From: Phycisphaerae bacterium
GTDB lineage: Bacteria > Planctomycetota > Phycisphaerae > Sedimentisphaerales > Anaerohalosphaeraceae
DNA length: 64,000 bases
Assembly (NCBI GenBank): GCA_014859965.1
Contig: JACZKQ010000030.1
Span: forward strand, 8,032 to 72,031
Direction of reading: 5' to 3'
A model generated the notes under the pieces. The model made no database searches. It was not told the origin of the DNA and saw nothing but the letters and a program-made list of their open reading frames with translations. Positions 59,945 through 64,000 of this stretch are shown in pieces. How positions within the stretch are numbered: the stretch's first letter is position 1; each line of letters begins with the position of its first letter. The translations under genes were made by a program, and so were the position numbers.

Positions 59945-61480
59945 ATGAAAGCAGCGAGAGCATCACTGGTTGTCTTATGTTTGTCTGTTTTGGCTCTGGC
60001 GGTCTCGGTCGATGGGGCGGTGCGTCTGCCTTCGGTGATCGGCTCGAACATGGTCATGCAGCAGCGTTTCGAGGCGCCGATATGGGGATGGGCCGATCCG
60101 GGCCGGGTGGTCTATGTTCGGGCTTCCTGGCTTTGGACTCAGCGTCAAGCTACGGCAGGCGACAACGGCAGATGGCAGGTTGTCCTGCCCACACCCGCGG
60201 CCGGCGGACCCTACTGCATTACCATCTCCGACAGGGACGGCGCGACCGTTCTTGACAACATACTTATCGGTGAAGTCTGGGTCGGCTCCGGGCAATCCAA
60301 CATGCAGTGGACCGTCAGCAGTTCGAACAACGCCCAGGAAGAAATCGCCAATGCGAAGTACCCGGGCATTCGCCTGTTCCACGTGACGCGCAAGGTCGCC
60401 GAGACCGCGCAGGACGACTGCGAAGGTTCGTGGCAGGAATGCAGCCCGGAGGCCGTGGGCGGTTTCTCGGCGGCGGCTTACTTCTTTGGCCGCGAGCTTC
60501 ACAATGAATTGAACGTCCCGGTGGGGCTGATCCACACAAGCTGGGGCGGCACGCCCGCCGAGGCGTGGACACGGCGCGAGATCCTCGGCGCTAATGACGA
60601 CTTCAAGCCGATTCTCGACCGTTACCAGAAGGTGCTCGACACCTGGGAGCAGGTCCAGAGCGATTATCAGAATCGTGTAGAAGAGTGGAAAAAGGCCTCT
60701 GCCCAGGCAAAGGCCGACGGCACGAGGGCACCCGCTTATCCGGGGCAACCTTACGGACCGGGGCATCCGCATTCGCCGGCGGGCCTTTATAACGCGATGA
60801 TCGCCCCGCTGATTCCGTACGGCATACGCGGCGCGATCTGGTACCAGGGCGAATCGAACGCCGGACGGGCGTACCAGTACCGCACGCTCTTTCCGGCGAT
60901 GATCGACAACTGGCGTCAGGATTGGAAACAGGGCGCTTTCCCGTTCTATTTTGTGCAGATCGCCCCATACAAAGGGCAGACGCCGGAGATTCGCGAGGCT
61001 CAATTGATCGCGCTTCGGAACACGGTCAACACCGGCATGGCGGTGACGATGGACATCGGCGATCCCGAGGACATTCACCCCCGGAACAAGCAGGACGTGG
61101 GCAAGCGCCTGGCGCTGTGGGCGCTGGCGAAGGATTACGGTCGTCAGGATATCGTCTACTCGGGGCCGCTCTACAAAGGCATGAAAGTCGAAGGCGACAG
61201 AATTCGCCTGTTCTTTGACTATGCCGCTGGCGGTCTGGCGGCCAAAGACGGCCCGCTGACCTATTTCACGATTGCCGAAGCGGAGGGCGATTTTGTGCCC
61301 GCGGACGCCGTCATCGACGGTGAAACGATTGTTGTTTCGAGCGAGGCGGTGAAGAAGCCTGCGGCGGTGCGTTACGGATGGCAAAACAGCGCCGAGCCGA
61401 ACCTGTTCAACAAGGCCGGGCTGCCCGCGTCGCCGTTCCGAACAGACGATCGGCCGGGCGAAACTTACGGCAAATTATAG
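59945..61480 (+). CDS. Sialate O-acetylesterase-like SGNH hydrolase (secreted)
   Basis: The start was set at MKAARASLVVLCLSVLALAVSVDG, after GGAGAG. Motifs LPSVIGSNMVMQQ and GEVWVGSGQSNM are present. Confidence 0.8.
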   Translation: MKAARASLVVLCLSVLALAVSVDGAVRLPSVIGSNMVMQQRFEAPIWGWADPGRVVYVRASWLWTQRQATAGDNGRWQVVLPTPAAGGPYCITISDRDGATVLDNILIGEVWVGSGQSNMQWTVSSSNNAQEEIANAKYPGIRLFHVTRKVAETAQDDCEGSWQECSPEAVGGFSAAAYFFGRELHNELNVPVGLIHTSWGGTPAEAWTRREILGANDDFKPILDRYQKVLDTWEQVQSDYQNRVEEWKKASAQAKADGTRAPAYPGQPYGPGHPHSPAGLYNAMIAPLIPYGIRGAIWYQGESNAGRAYQYRTLFPAMIDNWRQDWKQGAFPFYFVQIAPYKGQTPEIREAQLIALRNTVNTGMAVTMDIGDPEDIHPRNKQDVGKRLALWALAKDYGRQDIVYSGPLYKGMKVEGDRIRLFFDYAAGGLAAKDGPLTYFTIAEAEGDFVPADAVIDGETIVVSSEAVKKPAAVRYGWQNSAEPNLFNKAGLPASPFRTDDRPGETYGKL

Positions 61481-61544
61481 GAACGAACCGCGGCACACTG
61501 ATCCGCGGCTTGATGCGGAGTACAGAACAGGGATAGCGGTCAGA

Positions 61545-62585
61545 TTGTTTTGTTTGATTGGAGTGTGGATTGTGATTGCCAGATATGACTTCCTGCGTTT
61601 TGCTGTGAGCACGGCTGTAATTGGACTGGCTGCGATACTGCCCGGGGGGTGCAGGAGCGCCGAGCGTATAGACGGGCGGCAGGCCGTGGCGGTTATCTTT
61701 GACACGGACATTGGCACCGACGTGGATGACGCAGGGGCACTGGCGATACTCCATGTCATGGCGGATCGGGGCGAGGCGGAGATTCTGGCGACGATGAGCG
61801 CCAACTCGAATCGGTGGAGTGCGCCGGCGATCGACGTGATTAATACGTATTACGGGCGGGGCGACCTGCCCATCGGGGCGTCGAGAACGGGCCCCGATCC
61901 TGAGGAATGGTACCATGCCAGCGTGGGCGACTACCCGCATGATCTGGCGGCCAGCGAGGACGCCCCGGATGCGGTGGCTTTGTACCGTCAAATCCTGGCG
62001 GCGCAGCCGGACCGGAGCGTGGTGATCGTGGTTGTGGGATGGCTGACGAACATGGCGAACCTGCTGGACAGTGCGCCGGATCAGTACAGTTCGCTCAGCG
62101 GACGAGAACTGGTTCAGGCGAAGGTCAAAGAGTTGGTCTCAATGGGCGGCAAATGGCCGAACTCGCCCAAGGCCGAGGGAGAGTATAATTTCACCATGGA
62201 CGGGGCGGCCGCACACAAAGTGATCAGGGACTGGCCGGGGAAGATCATGTTTACGGGTTTGGGGATGGACGTTATGACCGGTGGGCGGCTGACGGCCGAG
62301 GGGCCTAAGGACAATCCGGTGCCGGCTTTTTATCGCAACTTTTTTGCGGCCAATAAGGTGAGCGAACGGTCGAGTTGGGACCTCATCGCCGTGCTGTACG
62401 CAGTGCGGGGGCTGTCCGATTATTTCACCGTCGGCACGGAGGGCACGTGTGTGGGTCGGGCGGATGGGAGCAACCAATGGATCGAGGGGCCGCCTTCCAA
62501 TCATGCTTACCTGGTTTACAAAATGCCGCCTGCGGAACTGGCCGCGGTGATCGAGGATTTGCTGTTGGTTTCGCCCGTGCGGTGA
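61545..62585 (+). CDS. Inosine/uridine-preferring nucleoside hydrolase-like lipoprotein
   Basis: DTDIGTDVDDAGAL aspartate cluster. N-terminal hydrophobic segment with a lipobox-like ILPGGC. The exact start is uncertain. Confidence 0.7.
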   Translation: MFCLIGVWIVIARYDFLRFAVSTAVIGLAAILPGGCRSAERIDGRQAVAVIFDTDIGTDVDDAGALAILHVMADRGEAEILATMSANSNRWSAPAIDVINTYYGRGDLPIGASRTGPDPEEWYHASVGDYPHDLAASEDAPDAVALYRQILAAQPDRSVVIVVVGWLTNMANLLDSAPDQYSSLSGRELVQAKVKELVSMGGKWPNSPKAEGEYNFTMDGAAAHKVIRDWPGKIMFTGLGMDVMTGGRLTAEGPKDNPVPAFYRNFFAANKVSERSSWDLIAVLYAVRGLSDYFTVGTEGTCVGRADGSNQWIEGPPSNHAYLVYKMPPAELAAVIEDLLLVSPVR

Positions 62586-62697
62586 CCGGCGTCTCGTTGC
62601 CAACCGGCAGCGATGCAGCAACGCTCTTCTGTCCGATCACCTGGCAAAACAGGCGGCCGGGCAGTTTATGTTCTGATCTTCTCGTGCCAACGCCCCT

Positions 62698-64000
62698 TTA
62701 ATCTCCGGGTGAAGGTACACCGGCCTGCCAGTTGACCGGGTCGTTGCCGTAGGCACTGTTGTCGATGCGCACGAGCGACGCTCCGCCGCCGTCGGCGCCG
62801 GCGGGCCAGGGGTCGTCGCCGAGCGGGTGAGACCCATCGCTGTATACGACGCGGTCAACTCGGATGTATTGCCGAACGCCCTTGCTGTCGACATCGCCGG
62901 GCATGGACAGTTGTATGCGTTCGCCGCCGTTGCTCAGGGAGCCTGTGCCCCATGCCACGATCTGCGTCTGGGCGGGCGAGGCGAACGCGGCAGCGAAGGC
63001 TGTGCTATTTTTGACGAGCAGAATACGCTCATCGGCCGCCATGGTTATCGGCCGGCCCTGGGCGTCGAGGATCGGCAGATCAATGCCTCCCTCGTCCTGA
63101 AACTTCCATGGCTCGCCGGTGAGGAAATCGTACAGTGCGAGGGGAGCACCGCTGATGTTGAGCAGTTCGACATATTCGGCCTCGCTGTCGGCGGCCGGGT
63201 TGTACATAATCTCACTGATCACCACGGGCCCCACCTTGGGATACGCATTGGGGCCGCCGGGCGTGTTGCTGCTCATCGCGACGAAGTTAAATGTGCCGGT
63301 ACTCTTCTGATAGCGTCCAAAGGCTACATTCGTCTCGGATGCTCCGAAATCTTCCTGCTCGGCATAACCTGTAAGGACACCCCCCTGCCCCGACCGAAGG
63401 CAAACCGTCTCTCCGTTTTCGCTGAGCCCGAACGGCTGACGACATCCCGGATCGTTGCTGTTGCCGAAATGCTGGTGCTCGTAAAAGACCACGCAGCCGC
63501 CGGCCGGAATCGAAACATCCGGCCCGATCTCGTACTTCATCAGATTGGACGCGCTGTCGCTAAGGAACCACCCGCCTAATACAATGGGCGCGTCCGTCGT
63601 GTTGTACAGTTCAATCCAGTCGGGGTCGAGCGCATGTGAATGGGCGAGGATTTCATTGATGACGACGGCGCCCGGCTCGGGGATGAACCCCGTGTCGTCA
63701 AATCCCGGCGAACCCCCTGCGGCGGCGCTGGGCCGCCATGTCGTTTTCAGGCCCCAGTCTTGGGGCGGCGTAACGGAAGGGGTGCGCACCGTCAGTGAAA
63801 AGCCGTCGCCGTCGGTGATATCGAACCACCCATCCTTGAACTTGAAGTCGTGGATGACGCGTCCGGCCGCGTCGACCAGCACGATGCGCTCGCCGGCGTT
63901 GTCCAGGCTGCCCGACCACGGACCTGCCATCGCACCTGAAAATTCCGGATGACGCGCCATAAATACCGCCGGGTCCTTAACGACCGTGATGTACTCGCCC
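62698..64000 (-). CDS. Lamin-tail-domain (LTD) repeat protein, C-terminal part (gene continues beyond window end)
   Basis: Repeated modules of the form VINEILAH...DWIELYN...L.GWFLSD and VISEIMYNP...EYVELLN. The frame stays open upstream of the Met at 63960 to the window edge. Confidence 0.7.
   Translation of the reverse strand, partial: GEYITVVKDPAVFMARHPEFSGAMAGPWSGSLDNAGERIVLVDAAGRVIHDFKFKDGWFDITDGDGFSLTVRTPSVTPPQDWGLKTTWRPSAAAGGSPGFDDTGFIPEPGAVVINEILAHSHALDPDWIELYNTTDAPIVLGGWFLSDSASNLMKYEIGPDVSIPAGGCVVFYEHQHFGNSNDPGCRQPFGLSENGETVCLRSGQGGVLTGYAEQEDFGASETNVAFGRYQKSTGTFNFVAMSSNTPGGPNAYPKVGPVVISEIMYNPAADSEAEYVELLNISGAPLALYDFLTGEPWKFQDEGGIDLPILDAQGRPITMAADERILLVKNSTAFAAAFASPAQTQIVAWGTGSLSNGGERIQLSMPGDVDSKGVRQYIRVDRVVYSDGSHPLGDDPWPAGADGGGASLVRIDNSAYGNDPVNWQAGVPSPGD

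Overview
GC-rich chromosomal segment. Gene content suggests the PVC superphylum, most likely Planctomycetota/Phycisphaerae-like: an H-X9-DG pseudopilin-like protein, Tat-signal sugar enzymes, LamG/ricin/dockerin and lamin-tail proteins, GlnN, and a V-type ATPase. This taxonomic call is inference from gene content only.

Layout, left to right:
- 1-5.8 kb: V-type ATPase operon (G/H-I-K-E-C-F-A, minus strand, runs off the left edge).
- 6-27 kb: housekeeping and envelope genes. These are a cytidylate-kinase-like protein, an O-methyltransferase, a NUDIX hydrolase, an LPS kinase plus GT9 heptosyltransferase, an ADP-forming acetyl-CoA synthetase coupled to a CoA-transferase::GNAT fusion, an acyl-ACP thioesterase, tilS, ispD, cobO, a large zinc metalloprotease, a PilZ protein, murD and pyrF.
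- 27.5-32 kb: a PAS histidine kinase followed by two NarL-type and two receiver-only response regulators.
- 32.4-35.3 kb: a Tat-signal DegT aminotransferase and an exported rubrerythrin-like protein.
- 35.9-52.3 kb: a nitrogen-assimilation block, amt-glnK | glnN | gltB-gltD-nadE-carB-carA.
- 52.7-64 kb: a glycan-related accessory end. It holds a Tat sugar isomerase, a truncated GH76-like/ricin/LamG/dockerin gene, an IS110-family element, a sialate O-acetylesterase, a nucleoside-hydrolase-like lipoprotein and a lamin-tail-domain protein (partial).

Most notable non-genic signals:
1. Two canonical sigma-54 promoters (glnN and amt-glnK). Each is preceded at the same distance by a pair of 18-bp dyads spaced 29 bp apart.
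2. A ~180-bp MITE/REP-like palindromic repeat in three copies. The third copy is cut by the IS110 element.
3. The IS110 5' leader (candidate bridge RNA) contains 8-9-nt strings identical to both insertion junctions.
4. A strand-composition (GC-skew) block at about 36-58 kb whose right edge coincides with the IS110 element.

No rRNA, tRNA or CRISPR array was recognised. No obvious defence system or clearly unprecedented gene system was found.
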